Below are positions 1 through 10,269 of a DNA stretch of 64,000 nucleotides, in pieces. This stretch comes from Phycisphaerae bacterium (GTDB taxonomy: Bacteria > Planctomycetota > Phycisphaerae > UBA1845 > Fen-1342). The first letter of the stretch is position 1. Each line of letters begins with the position of its first letter. Under the pieces are notes generated by a model. It had not been told where the DNA came from. It made no database searches and saw only the letters and a program-made list of their open reading frames with translations. The stretch is taken from the NCBI GenBank assembly GCA_050115495.1, contig JASFQK010000005.1:122531-186530 (forward strand), in the 5' to 3' direction. Position numbers and translations under genes: made by a program.

Positions 1-1
1 G

Positions 2-1153
2 CCGCAGCGCCTCGCGGCAGACGGCCTGCTCGATCATGAGATCCTCGAGCGTCTGCGGAATCGTCGTCGGACGGATCATCTTGTTGCGGATGCGGTTCCG
101 CACGTCGCGCTCGTCCAGCTCGAGCGGCACCCAGCGCACAACGTTCTCGAAACCGGCGTCCGCCACGACCTGCGAGATCGAGTAGCTCATCCCCAGGTTG
201 GCCGAGACCGTGCGATTGAACACCGGCTCGCTCGTCGGCTCGGCCGCATCCGCCCGGAACACGGAGAACACGTCCGTCGTCGCCCCACCGATATCCACGC
301 CGGCGAGCTGTATTCCCTCGTGCCGGGCGATCTGCTGCATGATGAGCCCCACCGCTCCGGGCGTGGGCATCAGCGGCGTGGTGGTCCAGGTCATCAGCTT
401 GGCGTAGCCCGGAGCCTGCTTCATGACGTGTTCGAGGAACAGGTCGTGGATGCGGTCGCGGGCCGGCTGGAGGTTCTCGTAGTCCAGCGTCGGCCGGATG
501 TTGTCCGTCACCGACAGCGCCACCCGCCGCCCGAGGATCTCCTCCACCTCGACCCGGGCCTGCTGGTTACCGGCGAAGATCACCGGCAACTGAAACCCCG
601 CCCCGAACCGCGGCCGTGGGTCCGCCGCCGCGACCAGCTCGGCCATCTCGACCACGTGCTTGATCGTGCCGCCGTCGGTCCCGCCGGTAATGAGGATCAT
701 GTCCGGCCGCACGCGCCGGATGCGCTCGATCCGCTCGTGGTTGAGGCGTTGGTCGTTCGTGGCCAGCGTGTCCATGACAATCGCCCCCGCCCCGAGCGCC
801 GCCCGGGCCGCGGACTCGGCGGTCATGTTCCGCACCACGCCGGCGACCATGAGCTGCAACCCCCCACCCGCCGACGACGTGCCGACATACGCGTCGCAGC
901 CGTTTTCCCCCTCCCGCGGCGACCAGATCCCGCCGTCACGCAGGAATCGCCGACCGGTCAGGTCCTCGATCTCGGCGACGGCGTTCACGACACCGCGGGT
1001 GACGTCCTCGGCCGGCGCTTCGACCGTCGTCGGCGCTTCGCCGCGGGCGATCAGCCGGAACACGCCGTCGGTCTTCTCGATCAGAATGGCCTTGGTCGTG
1101 GTGGAGCCGCAGTCGGTGGCGAGGATCGTCCGAAGTTGGGGAGCGTCGGGCAT
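2..1153 (-). CDS. glmL: Glutamate mutase accessory/reactivating factor GlmL (MutL)-like ASKHA ATPase; runs off the left edge
   Basis: Absent from the ORF track. Manual translation from ATG at 1153: MPDAPQLRTILATDCGSTTTKAILIE...GEAPTTVEAPAEDVTRGV...YVGTSSAGGGLQLMVAGVVRNMTAESAARAALGAGAIV. DxGSTxTK and SSAxGGL are GlmL family motifs. Confidence 0.85.
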   Translation of the reverse strand, partial: MPDAPQLRTILATDCGSTTTKAILIEKTDGVFRLIARGEAPTTVEAPAEDVTRGVVNAVAEIEDLTGRRFLRDGGIWSPREGENGCDAYVGTSSAGGGLQLMVAGVVRNMTAESAARAALGAGAIVMDTLATNDQRLNHERIERIRRVRPDMILITGGTDGGTIKHVVEMAELVAAADPRPRFGAGFQLPVIFAGNQQARVEVEEILGRRVALSVTDNIRPTLDYENLQPARDRIHDLFLEHVMKQAPGYAKLMTWTTTPLMPTPGAVGLIMQQIARHEGIQLAGVDIGGATTDVFSVFRADAAEPTSEPVFNRTVSANLGMSYSISQVVADAGFENVVRWVPLELDERDVRNRIRNKMIRPTTIPQTLEDLMIEQAVCREALR

Positions 1154-1326
1154 CGGCGGTTCCAGGGATCTACGGCGTACCGGCCACATCATAAAGGACA
1201 GGGAATTGGGCGTTAAGAGCGGGGACTGCCGGTGATAACCGTGACGCTGGTTTGTAATGGTGTCGCCGGAGCGGTTGGCGTATGTTGATGTAGGAGGCAT
1301 CAGGGTAAACTTGCGGGGTGCGCGTC

Positions 1327-1863
1327 ATGAAAACGCGGATTGGTCCAGGGTACCTTAAGGACGACCGGCCGGCGGGCGACGAGGACAACTGGACGCCGCT
1401 GGGCGGCGTGGTGCGGGCGGCGATAGTCGGAACGGTTGTCGCGCTGGTCCTCGCTGCTCTGACCGCGCCGATCGTCTGGTATGTGCCGCCCATCATCATG
1501 CACTGGGCCGTGCGGTCCGGGCTGGCGTTTGTGCTGGCCTGGGTGCTCTTCGGCGTCACGCAGAAGACGGCCGGGTTCGTCGGCTGGCCGGTGTCGGGCC
1601 TGGCGATTCTGCTCGTGGTGGCCGTGCTGTTATCGCACCACGTCGTCATTGCATTGCACATCTGGCAGGCGAGCGCCCTGGCCGGACCGCCGACCGGGCT
1701 GATGTATTCGAACTGGCTCAGTCTCCCATACATCCTGCTGCTCAACGCGACGGCGTTCGTCACGCTGGGCATGTGCACGTGGATGTTCCACAGCGGCGAC
1801 AACGGCGGATTCGCCGCGCTGACGGAGTTCTTCACGCTGCCTGTGCGCGGGAGCCGGCGATAG
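1327..1863 (+). CDS. Hypothetical integral membrane protein (about 4 TM segments)
   Basis: ORF 1318..1863 with in-frame ATG at 1327; several long hydrophobic stretches; lies just upstream of lpxB. Confidence 0.7.
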   Translation: MKTRIGPGYLKDDRPAGDEDNWTPLGGVVRAAIVGTVVALVLAALTAPIVWYVPPIIMHWAVRSGLAFVLAWVLFGVTQKTAGFVGWPVSGLAILLVVAVLLSHHVVIALHIWQASALAGPPTGLMYSNWLSLPYILLLNATAFVTLGMCTWMFHSGDNGGFAALTEFFTLPVRGSRR

Positions 1864-1919
1864 TGATTCTTCGAGCGCACACTGGCGGGGCCGCGGCGAG
1901 TTTGTAACATCCCGGGGGC

Positions 1920-3086
1920 ATGATTCCGTTCGAACCCAAGCGGGTCTTCATCTCGGTGGCTGAGGACTCGGCGGACGTGCACGGTGCCTCGCTGCTGCGC
2001 GCCGCCGCCGACCGGCTACCGCATTGCCGCTTCTACGGCCTGACCGGGCCGCGGATGCGTGACGCGGGCGCCGAGACGCTGTACGACTTCACCGCGCATG
2101 CCGCGATGCTGGCCGGCGTCTTATCGGTCATTCGCCACGCCCGGGAGGCCGTGCGCATCGTGCGGCAGTCGTGGCAGGAGCAGCCGCCCGATCTGGTCGT
2201 CCTCCTCGACTCGCCCGAATTGCACCTGCGTCTGGCGAGCCGAGCCCGCCAGCTCGGCCTGCCGGTGCTCTACTACATCGCTCCGCAAACGTGGGCGTCG
2301 CGGGCCTATCGCAACCGGCGTATCGCCCGCGACGTCGACCGGCTGGCGTGCATCCTGCCGTTCGAAGAGGAGTACTTCCGCCAGGCCGGCGTGAACGCCG
2401 AGTTCGTCGGCCACCCCCTCTTCGAGGCCCTCGCTCGCCAGCAGCCGGACAAAGCCGAGGTTCGACGACTGCGTTCTGGCGACGGACCGCTGCTGGCCCT
2501 GCTGCCCGGCTCCCGGCGACACGTGATCGACGCCATGCTCCCGCGACAGCTCGACGTGATCAGGCAATTGCGGGCACGCGGTCTGGCCGTGCGGGCCGCG
2601 GTGTCCTGCGCCCGGCCGGAACGTGCGGAGCAGATTCAGCGGCACATACAGACCGCCGGCCTGCCGATCGAGGTGATCGCCGGCGGCAATGCGACGTTGC
2701 TGACAGCGGCGGATGCGGCGCTCGTGGCGTCGGGTACGGCGACGTTCGAAGTCGCCCACTACGGCACGCCGATGGTGGTGATGTACGACGCCGGCGGGCT
2801 ATTGGCCTGGCCCTATCGCCTGTTCGGCCGCTGGGTGATCACGTCGCCGCACCTGGCGCTGGTGAACGTGCTGGCCGGTGCTCGTGTCGTACCCGAGTTC
2901 ATGCCCTTCGTCCCCGACACGCGCCCCATCGCCGACACGACGGCCCGCCTGCTGAGCGATGAGTCCTGGCGGACGTCGATGCGGCAGCAACTCACTGAGC
3001 TGACTGCACCGCTGACGAAATCCGCGGCCAGTGCCCGGGTCTGTGCACTAATTCAGGAATTGCTCGAGACCGCTGCTCAGGGATGA
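1920..3086 (+). CDS. lpxB: Lipid-A-disaccharide synthase
   Basis: Motifs YYIAPQTWA, CILPFE, FVGHPL, LALLPGSR, ASGTAT, VVPEF; 388 aa. Confidence 0.95.
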   Translation: MIPFEPKRVFISVAEDSADVHGASLLRAAADRLPHCRFYGLTGPRMRDAGAETLYDFTAHAAMLAGVLSVIRHAREAVRIVRQSWQEQPPDLVVLLDSPELHLRLASRARQLGLPVLYYIAPQTWASRAYRNRRIARDVDRLACILPFEEEYFRQAGVNAEFVGHPLFEALARQQPDKAEVRRLRSGDGPLLALLPGSRRHVIDAMLPRQLDVIRQLRARGLAVRAAVSCARPERAEQIQRHIQTAGLPIEVIAGGNATLLTAADAALVASGTATFEVAHYGTPMVVMYDAGGLLAWPYRLFGRWVITSPHLALVNVLAGARVVPEFMPFVPDTRPIADTTARLLSDESWRTSMRQQLTELTAPLTKSAASARVCALIQELLETAAQG

Positions 3087-3553
3087 GACGATGCGCTGGC
3101 TGCCTCGTACGTGGCGACCACGTCGTGGAGCTCCTGCGCGCTGCGCGCACCCTCGATCGCCTTGCGGAACTCTTCCATGTTCATCAGGCGGCTGATCTTG
3201 GCCAGGGCCTGGATGTGCGGGCCCGTCTGATCCGGCGGACTGACCAGCAGCACCACGAACGTCACCGGCCGCTGATCGAGACTCTGGAACTCCACGGGCT
3301 CGGCCGGCTTGCCGGCGGCGATGACGAGCTGTTTGCAGCCGTCGCTCTTACCGTGCGGAATGGCCAGTCCGTAGCCGATGCCGGTCGTTCGCTCCGCCTC
3401 ACGCTTCAGGACGGCGTCGAGGGCCAGGTCACGATTGGTCAAACCACCCGTCGCATTCAGCAGGTCGACGAGCTCGGTGATCACACCGGTCTTGTCGTTG
3501 CTCTGAAGGGGAACACGAATGCGCTCGGGTGTCAGAATCTTGCTCAGTTCCAT
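3077..3553 (-). CDS. PTS IIA domain protein (PtsN/fructose-mannitol EIIA type)
   Basis: REAERTTGIGYGLAIPHGK phospho-His motif and HIQALAKISR; ATG at 3553; 10-bp convergent overlap with lpxB. Confidence 0.9.
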   Translation of the reverse strand: MELSKILTPERIRVPLQSNDKTGVITELVDLLNATGGLTNRDLALDAVLKREAERTTGIGYGLAIPHGKSDGCKQLVIAAGKPAEPVEFQSLDQRPVTFVVLLVSPPDQTGPHIQALAKISRLMNMEEFRKAIEGARSAQELHDVVATYEAASASSHP

Positions 3554-3783
3554 GGAGTCTCGCCTTGCCCGCTGCGGTGCCGCCAAGGTCGCAAAACTCT
3601 CAGTATATCGCGTCTCTGCCATCAGTGCCAACTCCCATCGGCTGCTCGCTCGCCGTCCGGACCCGCGCCCGCGCGGCCCGGCCCCATGCCTTTCGCCAGC
3701 GCGGGCCAGCCGCTATAATGCCTGTTCAACTTACACGGCTGCCTCTTAGATAATTCAGATTCCAGCGGCCTTCTGGGAGCGGC

Positions 3784-4941
3784 ATGATGGATTTTGACCT
3801 GCCGGAGGATGTTGTTGCCATCCGCGATATGGTCCGGAAATTCGCGGCGGAGGAGATTCGTCCTCACGCCCGCGAATGGGACCGTGAGCAGTGGGTCCCC
3901 GACGAAGTCGTCGCCAAGCTCGGCGAACTCGGCCTTCTCGGCACGTTAACGCCAGAAGAATACGGGGGTGCCGGCCTCGGCTACCTGGCCAACGCCGTCA
4001 TTATCGAGGAACTCGCCCGCCAGGACGGCGGCGTGGCCCTGCTCGTCGCCGCCCACAACGGACTGGCACAGTCGCAGATCAACCTGTGCGCAAATGAGGA
4101 GCAGAAGCGCAAATATCTACCCCGCATCGCCAGCGGCCAGGAGCTCTGCGCCTGGGGCCTGACCGAGCCGGAGTGTGGTTCCGACGCCGCGGCCTTGAAA
4201 TCACGGGCCGTCCGCGACGGCGACGGCTGGCGGCTTACCGGGCACAAGATGTTCATAACCAACGCCGCCCGGGCGAAGGTCTTCGTCATCATGGCCCGCA
4301 CCGATCCGGACCTTGGCCCCAAGGGCATCTCCGCCTTCATCGTCGAGCGCGACGACGAGGGCTTCGCCGTCGGGTCCAAGGAGGACAAGATGGGCATGCG
4401 GTCGAGCGACACCATGGCGCTCGACTACGAGAACGTCTATCTCGGGCCCGACCGGCTGCTCGGTGAGCTCAACCATGGCTACGCCGACGCCCTGAAGGTG
4501 CTCGAGCGCGGCCGCGTGGCCATCGGAGCCCTCTCCGTCGGCCTGGCCCGCGGCAGCATCGAGGAGTCGTCCGCCTACGCCAACGAGCGCGTGGCCTTCG
4601 GCAAGCCGATCGGCCGGCTCCAGGCGATCCAGTTCAAGCTCGCCGACATGGCCACCGAGTTCGAGGCCGCCCGCCTGCTCATCCACGACGCGGCCTGCAC
4701 GCTCGACCGCGGCGGCGACGCCAAGCTGAAGGCCTGCCTCGGCAAGCTCTTCGCCAGCGAGATCGCCACCCGCGCCGGCCTGGAAGCCATCCAGATCCAC
4801 GGCGGCTACGGCTATACCAAGGACCTCCCTGTCGAGCGCTACATGCGCGACGCCAAGCTCGACGAGATCGGCGAAGGCAGCAGCGAGGTGCAGCGCATCG
4901 TCATCGCCCGCGAACTGCTTCAGGGGGCGACCATCTGCTGA
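3784..4941 (+). CDS. Acyl-CoA dehydrogenase (short/branched-chain type)
   Basis: [44 protein letters not shown] motifs. Confidence 0.95.
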   Translation: MMDFDLPEDVVAIRDMVRKFAAEEIRPHAREWDREQWVPDEVVAKLGELGLLGTLTPEEYGGAGLGYLANAVIIEELARQDGGVALLVAAHNGLAQSQINLCANEEQKRKYLPRIASGQELCAWGLTEPECGSDAAALKSRAVRDGDGWRLTGHKMFITNAARAKVFVIMARTDPDLGPKGISAFIVERDDEGFAVGSKEDKMGMRSSDTMALDYENVYLGPDRLLGELNHGYADALKVLERGRVAIGALSVGLARGSIEESSAYANERVAFGKPIGRLQAIQFKLADMATEFEAARLLIHDAACTLDRGGDAKLKACLGKLFASEIATRAGLEAIQIHGGYGYTKDLPVERYMRDAKLDEIGEGSSEVQRIVIARELLQGATIC

Positions 4942-4970
4942 ACCGACCTTGAGGTACAAGGGGTCATACT

Positions 4971-6134
4971 GTGGACTTCCGATTCAACGACGATCAGCGG
5001 GAGATGCGTGACGCGGTCCGCAGCTTCTGCGAAGGCGCCGTCGCCCCCCATGCGGAGAAGCGCGACCAGGATGGCTGCTTCGAGGACGGCTTCATCGAGG
5101 AGGTCGCCGAGCTCGGCCTCTTCGGCACGTACATCCCCGAGCAGTACGGCGGCACCGGCCTCGAATACACCACCTACCTGATGACCGTCGAGGAGCTGTC
5201 GCGGGCCTGCGGCGCGACCGGCATCCTCGTCTCCGCCCACCATTCACTCTGCGTCGACCCGATCCTGGGCTTCGGCTCCGAGGAGCAGAAGCAGAAATAC
5301 CTGCCGAAGCTCGCCAGCGGTGAGTGGATCGGCTGCTTCTCGCTCACCGAGCCCGGCAGCGGCAGCGACGCCGGCGCCGCCAAGTGCATGGCGGTCGAGA
5401 CCGGCGACGGCTGGGTCATCAACGGCACCAAGAGCTTCGTGACCAACGGCCTGCACGCCCACGTCATCGTGCTCTTCGCCGTCACCGACGCTGACAATCC
5501 CAAGCGCCGCATGTCCGCCTTCGTCCTGGAGAAGGACACCCCCGGCTGCTCGATCGGCAAGGTCGAGAAGAAGATGGGCATTCGGGCCAGCAGCACGACC
5601 GAGCTCGTCTTCGAAGACTGCCACTTGCCGCATGAGGCCCTGCTCGGCGAGCGCGGCCGCGGTCTGAACATCGGCCTGGCCACGCTCGACGGCGGCCGCC
5701 TCGGCGTCGCCTCGCAGGCCCTGGGCATCTCCGAAGCCGCCCTGGCCTGCGGCGTCAGCTACAGCCAGGAGCGCGTCCAGTTCGACCGCCCCATCGCCAG
5801 CTTCCAGGCCATCCAGTGGAAGCTCGCCGACATGGCGGTCTGGATCGCCGCCGCCCGCGCCCTCACCTACCGCGGCGGCTGGCTCAAGCAGAACAGGAAG
5901 CCTTACGGCGTCGAGGCGGCCATGGCCAAGCTCTACGCCAGCGAGATGTCCAGCCGCGTGACCAACGCCGCCCTGCAAGTCTACGGCGGCTACGGCTACT
6001 GCGTGGACTACCCCGCCGAGCGGCTCCTGCGTGATGCCAAGATCACGGAGCTGTACGAGGGGACCAGTGAGATTCAACGGCTCGTGATCGCCCGTCAGAT
6101 CCTGGCCGAGCCCCAGTGGGTAGCGAGAGGATAG
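4971..6134 (+). CDS. Acyl-CoA (butyryl-CoA-like) dehydrogenase
   Basis: FSLTEPGSGSD, KMGIRASST, GGYGY, YEGTSEIQR; GTG start. Confidence 0.95.
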   Translation: MDFRFNDDQREMRDAVRSFCEGAVAPHAEKRDQDGCFEDGFIEEVAELGLFGTYIPEQYGGTGLEYTTYLMTVEELSRACGATGILVSAHHSLCVDPILGFGSEEQKQKYLPKLASGEWIGCFSLTEPGSGSDAGAAKCMAVETGDGWVINGTKSFVTNGLHAHVIVLFAVTDADNPKRRMSAFVLEKDTPGCSIGKVEKKMGIRASSTTELVFEDCHLPHEALLGERGRGLNIGLATLDGGRLGVASQALGISEAALACGVSYSQERVQFDRPIASFQAIQWKLADMAVWIAAARALTYRGGWLKQNRKPYGVEAAMAKLYASEMSSRVTNAALQVYGGYGYCVDYPAERLLRDAKITELYEGTSEIQRLVIARQILAEPQWVARG

Positions 6135-6139
6135 GACTC

Positions 6140-7318
6140 ATGCCAAACGATTGTGCATACATTGTCGATGGGAAGCGCAGCCCGGTGGGTCGCTTCCTGG
6201 GCACCATCTCCGGCCTCTCCGCCATGGAGATCGGCACGCAGGTCGCCAAGGCCCTGCTGACCGTCACCCAGGCGGATCCGCAGGCGTTCGACGAGGTCTA
6301 CGTCGGCCAGGTGCTCCAGGCCGGCTGCGGTCAGAACCCGGCCCGGCAGGTCGCCCTCGGCGCCGGCATCCACGACGCCATCTCCTCCTGTACCGTCAAC
6401 AAGGTCTGCGGCAGCGGCCTCCAGGCCGTCATGTTCGCCGACCAGGTGATCCGCGCCGGCGACGCCGACCTGATCCTCGCCGGCGGCATCGAGTCCATGA
6501 GCCAGGCTCCCTTCCTCACGCGGACCATGCGCTCGGGCAACAAGTTCGGTCACGGCGAGATGGTCGACGAGATGCTCTACGACGGCCTGACCAACGTCTA
6601 CAGCAAGGAGCTGATGGGCGAGCTCGCCGAGTACACCGCCGAGAAGGCCGGCATCACCCGTCAGGCCCAGGACGAATGGTCGCTGCGCAGCCAGCAGCTT
6701 GCGGCGAAGGCCTGGGACGCCGGCCTGTTCAACGACGAAGTCGTCGCCCTGACGCTGCCCCGCAACAAGGGCACCTTCGAGAAGGACGAGACCTTCCGCG
6801 CCGACACTACGCTGCAGAGCCTCGCGGGGCTGAAGCCGGCGTTCAAGAAGGACGGCACCGTCACCGCCGGCAATGCCTCGCAGCTTTCCGACGGTTCCGG
6901 CATGCTGCTGGTCGCCAGCGAGAAGGGTCTGAAGAAATGCAGCGCCAAGCCCGTGGCCCGCATCGTGGCTACGGCCACCGCCGGCGCCGCCCCGCGCGAG
7001 CTCTTCTTCACGCCGCCCGTCGCCGTCCGGATGGTCTGCGACAAAGCCGGCTGGAAGCTCGACGACGTCGATGTCTTCGAGCTGAACGAGGCGTTCGCCT
7101 CGCAGACACTCGCCGGCCTGAAGGCCCTCGAAATCGATACTGACAAGGTAAACGTCCACGGCGGGGCCATTGCTCTGGGTCACCCCATCGGCGCCAGCGG
7201 GGCCCGCGTCCTGGTGACGTTGCTGCACGTGATGAAGGCCCGCCGGGTCAAGCGTGGCGTGACCGCCGTCTGCCTGGGCGGTGGCAACGCGGTGGGTATG
7301 GCCGTCGAGGCGCTCTAG
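6140..7318 (+). CDS. Acetyl-CoA C-acetyltransferase (thiolase)
   Basis: NKVCGSG (catalytic Cys), ELNEAFA, GHPIGASG, CLGGG; ATG at 6140 after AGGA. Confidence 0.95.
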   Translation: MPNDCAYIVDGKRSPVGRFLGTISGLSAMEIGTQVAKALLTVTQADPQAFDEVYVGQVLQAGCGQNPARQVALGAGIHDAISSCTVNKVCGSGLQAVMFADQVIRAGDADLILAGGIESMSQAPFLTRTMRSGNKFGHGEMVDEMLYDGLTNVYSKELMGELAEYTAEKAGITRQAQDEWSLRSQQLAAKAWDAGLFNDEVVALTLPRNKGTFEKDETFRADTTLQSLAGLKPAFKKDGTVTAGNASQLSDGSGMLLVASEKGLKKCSAKPVARIVATATAGAAPRELFFTPPVAVRMVCDKAGWKLDDVDVFELNEAFASQTLAGLKALEIDTDKVNVHGGAIALGHPIGASGARVLVTLLHVMKARRVKRGVTAVCLGGGNAVGMAVEAL

Positions 7319-7357
7319 CGGTCGGGCAACCTGGTAACGGGAACTGGAGGATACAGC

Positions 7358-8218
7358 GTGAACATCCGAACCAACATCAAGACCGTCGCCGTCATCGGCA
7401 CCGGCACCATGGGCAGCGGGATCGCCCAGGTCTTCGCACAGTCCGGCCGCAAGGTGCTGATGCACGACGCCCGTCCGGGCGCCGTCGACCATGCGATCGT
7501 CACCATCGAGAAATCGCTGGACAAGCTGGTCAGCAAGGACAAGCTCACGGCCGACGTCGCCGCGACGGCCAAGAGCAACCTGTCCAGCGCGGCCCTGACC
7601 GACATGAAGAACGTCGACCTGGTCGTCGAGGCCATCTTCGAGGACCCCGCGGTCAAGCGCGAGCTCTACACCGCGCTGCAGAACACCGTCGCCCCCGACG
7701 TCATCTTCGCCAGCAACACCAGCAGCATCTCGGTCAGCGAGCTCGGCGCCACCAGCGGCCGCCCGCAGCAGTTCATCGGCATGCACTTCTTCAACCCGGT
7801 GCCGATCATGAAGCTGGTCGAGGTGGTCATCGGCTTGCAGACCGCCGAGCCGGTCGTGCAGGCGACCGTCGCCCTGGCCAAGGAACTCGGCAAGATCCCA
7901 CACTGCGTCAAGGATCACCCCGGCTTCGTCAGCAACCGCATCCTCATGCCCATGATCAACGAGGCGGTCGCCTGCTTCGCCGACGGCGTCGCCGACGCCA
8001 GCACGATCGACGAAGTGATGAAGCTCGGCATGGCCCATCCGATGGGCCCGCTCGCCCTGGCCGACCTGATCGGCCTCGACGTGTGCCTGAACATCATGGA
8101 AGTCCTGCACCGCGACCTGGGGGAAGACCGCTACCGCCCGACGCCGCTGCTGCGGACCATGGTCCGGGCCGGCCTGCTGGGGCGCAAGAGCGGCAAGGGG
8201 TTCTACAGCTATGAGTAA
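7358..8218 (+). CDS. hbd: 3-hydroxybutyryl-CoA dehydrogenase
   Basis: [39 protein letters not shown]. Confidence 0.93.
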   Translation: MNIRTNIKTVAVIGTGTMGSGIAQVFAQSGRKVLMHDARPGAVDHAIVTIEKSLDKLVSKDKLTADVAATAKSNLSSAALTDMKNVDLVVEAIFEDPAVKRELYTALQNTVAPDVIFASNTSSISVSELGATSGRPQQFIGMHFFNPVPIMKLVEVVIGLQTAEPVVQATVALAKELGKIPHCVKDHPGFVSNRILMPMINEAVACFADGVADASTIDEVMKLGMAHPMGPLALADLIGLDVCLNIMEVLHRDLGEDRYRPTPLLRTMVRAGLLGRKSGKGFYSYE

Positions 8219-8984
8219 CGAAAAATCCACCACCACCGTCGAACTCAGCAAGGAAGGCGCGGTCGCCACGATCAAGTTCACGCCCGAGAGCGGCGTGAAC
8301 ATCTTCTCCTCCCGCGTCATCGGTAACCTCGGCCAGCTCATCGAGCGCGTCGCCCAGGACGCGCAGACCCGCTTCGTCGTCTTCCGCGGCGACGGTCGCG
8401 TCTTCCTGGCCGGAGCCGACATCGCCGAGATGGCCCGCTTCACCGAGGACCAGGGCCGGGCTTTCGCCACCAACGGCCACAACGTCTTCAACGCCATCTC
8501 CGCCCTGCCGCAGGTCACTTTCGCCGCCATCAACGGGCACGCCCTCGGCGGCGGCTGCGAACTCTCACTGGCCTGCGACTTCCGCATCATGGTCGGCGGC
8601 GCCCGCATCGGCCTGCCCGAGACGACGCTCGGCCTCATCCCCGGCTGGGGCGGCACGCAGCGTCTGCCGAAGGTCATCAGCGATCCGCACGCCCGCCGCA
8701 TGATCTTCTCCGGCCAACCTATCACCGCCGAAGAGGCGTTGAAGATCGGCCTGGTCGACGAGGTCGTGCCATCGGCGGACGAGCTCAACCCGGCCCTGGA
8801 GCGCTGGTTCAAGCTGATGGACACGCCTTCGCCGCACGCCATCACCCGCGCCAAGCGGGCCCTGCTGCAGAAGGACGAGATCGAGGAATTCGGCAAGTGC
8901 TTCGTCTGCTCGGACGCCAAGGAGGGCATCACCGCCTTCCTCGAAAAGCGCCCGGCCCCCTGGGTTACGCAAGACAAGAAATAG
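8211..8984 (+). CDS. Enoyl-CoA hydratase/crotonase
   Basis: [34 protein letters not shown]; overlaps the hbd stop. Confidence 0.93.
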   Translation: MSNEKSTTTVELSKEGAVATIKFTPESGVNIFSSRVIGNLGQLIERVAQDAQTRFVVFRGDGRVFLAGADIAEMARFTEDQGRAFATNGHNVFNAISALPQVTFAAINGHALGGGCELSLACDFRIMVGGARIGLPETTLGLIPGWGGTQRLPKVISDPHARRMIFSGQPITAEEALKIGLVDEVVPSADELNPALERWFKLMDTPSPHAITRAKRALLQKDEIEEFGKCFVCSDAKEGITAFLEKRPAPWVTQDKK

Positions 8985-9020
8985 CGGCCACTGCCTGGCC
9001 GTTAGCGAAGAGGTGGGTGA

Positions 9021-9058
9021 GCCCGCGCCATCACTGCGGTGGTGCGGGTGTTTCTTCT
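9021..9058 (+). terminator. Probable intrinsic terminator of the acyl-CoA operon
   Basis: GCCCGCGCCATC-actgc-GGTGGTGCGGGT stem (with G-U pairs) followed by GTTTCTTCT. Confidence 0.6.
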
Positions 9059-9265
9059 GACTCCTCCACGGACCGCCGCAGGCGAATCCACATGGGGCGC
9101 CCGGAGCCGCTCCAGCCGGCCGCCGATCGGCCTTTGCAGAATGGAGGACGTACTGATAGTCTGATGTGCTCCGGTTGATGGTCGGGGGGCCAGTGTTGCT
9201 TAGGCTAGGCGCATGTGCCGCCGGCGGCGTTGGGGTTACCTGGAACAGATTGCGAGGGTTCGCCC

Positions 9266-10096
9266 ATGCATACTCAGTATGAGATCGGCGTTATCGGTGC
9301 GGGCAACGCCGCCGAGGGCATTGTGCACGGCGTGTTGCGCAACAGTGTGTTGCTGGACGATCGGATGATCGCCGCCGATCCAGACCCCGAGCGCCGCAGG
9401 GTCTTCGAGAATCGCTTCCATATCGCGACCACCGCCGACAGCCGTCGCGTCGTCGCCGAGAGCTACATTCTGCTGCTGGCGGTCAAGCCGCAGATCTGGC
9501 GTTCTGTCGTCGCCGGCTTCGCCGACCTGATTCGTGAAGACCACGTGATCATCTCGATCATGGCGGGCGTTCACACGCAGGCCCTGGAGGAAGAGCTCCC
9601 GGGAACGCGGGCCCGCGTGGTGCGCGTCATGCCGAATCTGGCGTCGCACGTCGGCGCCGGGATGGCCGGCATACACCCGGGTCGCTACGCCAGCGAGGCT
9701 GACCTGCTCCGAGCGCAGCGGATATTCGAAGCCGGCGGCAAGAGCGTTCACATCCAGGACGAGACCCTCATGGACGCCGTCACGGCCGTTTCCGGCTCGG
9801 GTCCGGCGTACTACTACTTCTTCAGCGAGGCGCTGGTGGCAGCCGCCGAGCGCGTCGGTCTCTCGCGGCAGTACGCCACGTTGCTGGTGCAGCAGACCTG
9901 CCTCGGCGCGGCGCGCATGATGATCGAATCGGGCGAGTCGCCGGAGGTGCTGCGCGAAAAGGTCACGTCCCCCGGCGGTACTACGGCGGCGGCGATCGAG
10001 TCGCTACGGGCCAGCGGCGTGTTCGAGAGCATCGCCGCCGGCGTCGTCGCTGCGTGTGAGCGCGGTCGCGAATTGGGGCAGACGAATTCGTCCTGA
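9266..10096 (+). CDS. proC: Pyrroline-5-carboxylate reductase
   Basis: IGAGN, LAVKPQ, RVMPN, TAVSGSGPAY, VTSPGGTT motifs; ATG at 9266. Confidence 0.95.
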   Translation: MHTQYEIGVIGAGNAAEGIVHGVLRNSVLLDDRMIAADPDPERRRVFENRFHIATTADSRRVVAESYILLLAVKPQIWRSVVAGFADLIREDHVIISIMAGVHTQALEEELPGTRARVVRVMPNLASHVGAGMAGIHPGRYASEADLLRAQRIFEAGGKSVHIQDETLMDAVTAVSGSGPAYYYFFSEALVAAAERVGLSRQYATLLVQQTCLGAARMMIESGESPEVLREKVTSPGGTTAAAIESLRASGVFESIAAGVVAACERGRELGQTNSS

Positions 10097-10179
10097 TGGA
10101 CCGCCGAGCGCGGCATGAGAAACACCACCCGACCGGCTTTCCAGCACTGACCCCGGACGTCTACGCCCGGTTGCAGGCC

Positions 10180-10267
10180 GTAGGGCGGGTTTCACGCGCC
10201 GTTCGCTCCGCGGCGAGAAGGACGCTTGATCGAGGCACGCCGACGCGTCGCGCTGAACCCGCCCTAC
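10180..10267. repeat. GTAG-type REP pair (REPIN-like inverted repeat) between convergent genes
   Basis: GTAGGGCGGGTTTCACGCG (10180-10198) ... CGCGCTGAACCCGCCCTAC (10249-10267); GTAG/CTAC termini. Confidence 0.7.
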
Positions 10268-10269
10268 CC

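Noticed and set aside
198..1235. Plus-strand ORFs at the window start
   Set aside because: Shadows of the real minus-strand glmL-like gene, which the ORF track missed because it is truncated.
6095..8977. 960-aa minus-strand ORF
   Set aside because: Antisense shadow of the thiolase, hbd and crotonase genes; no motifs; typical of high-GC codon bias.
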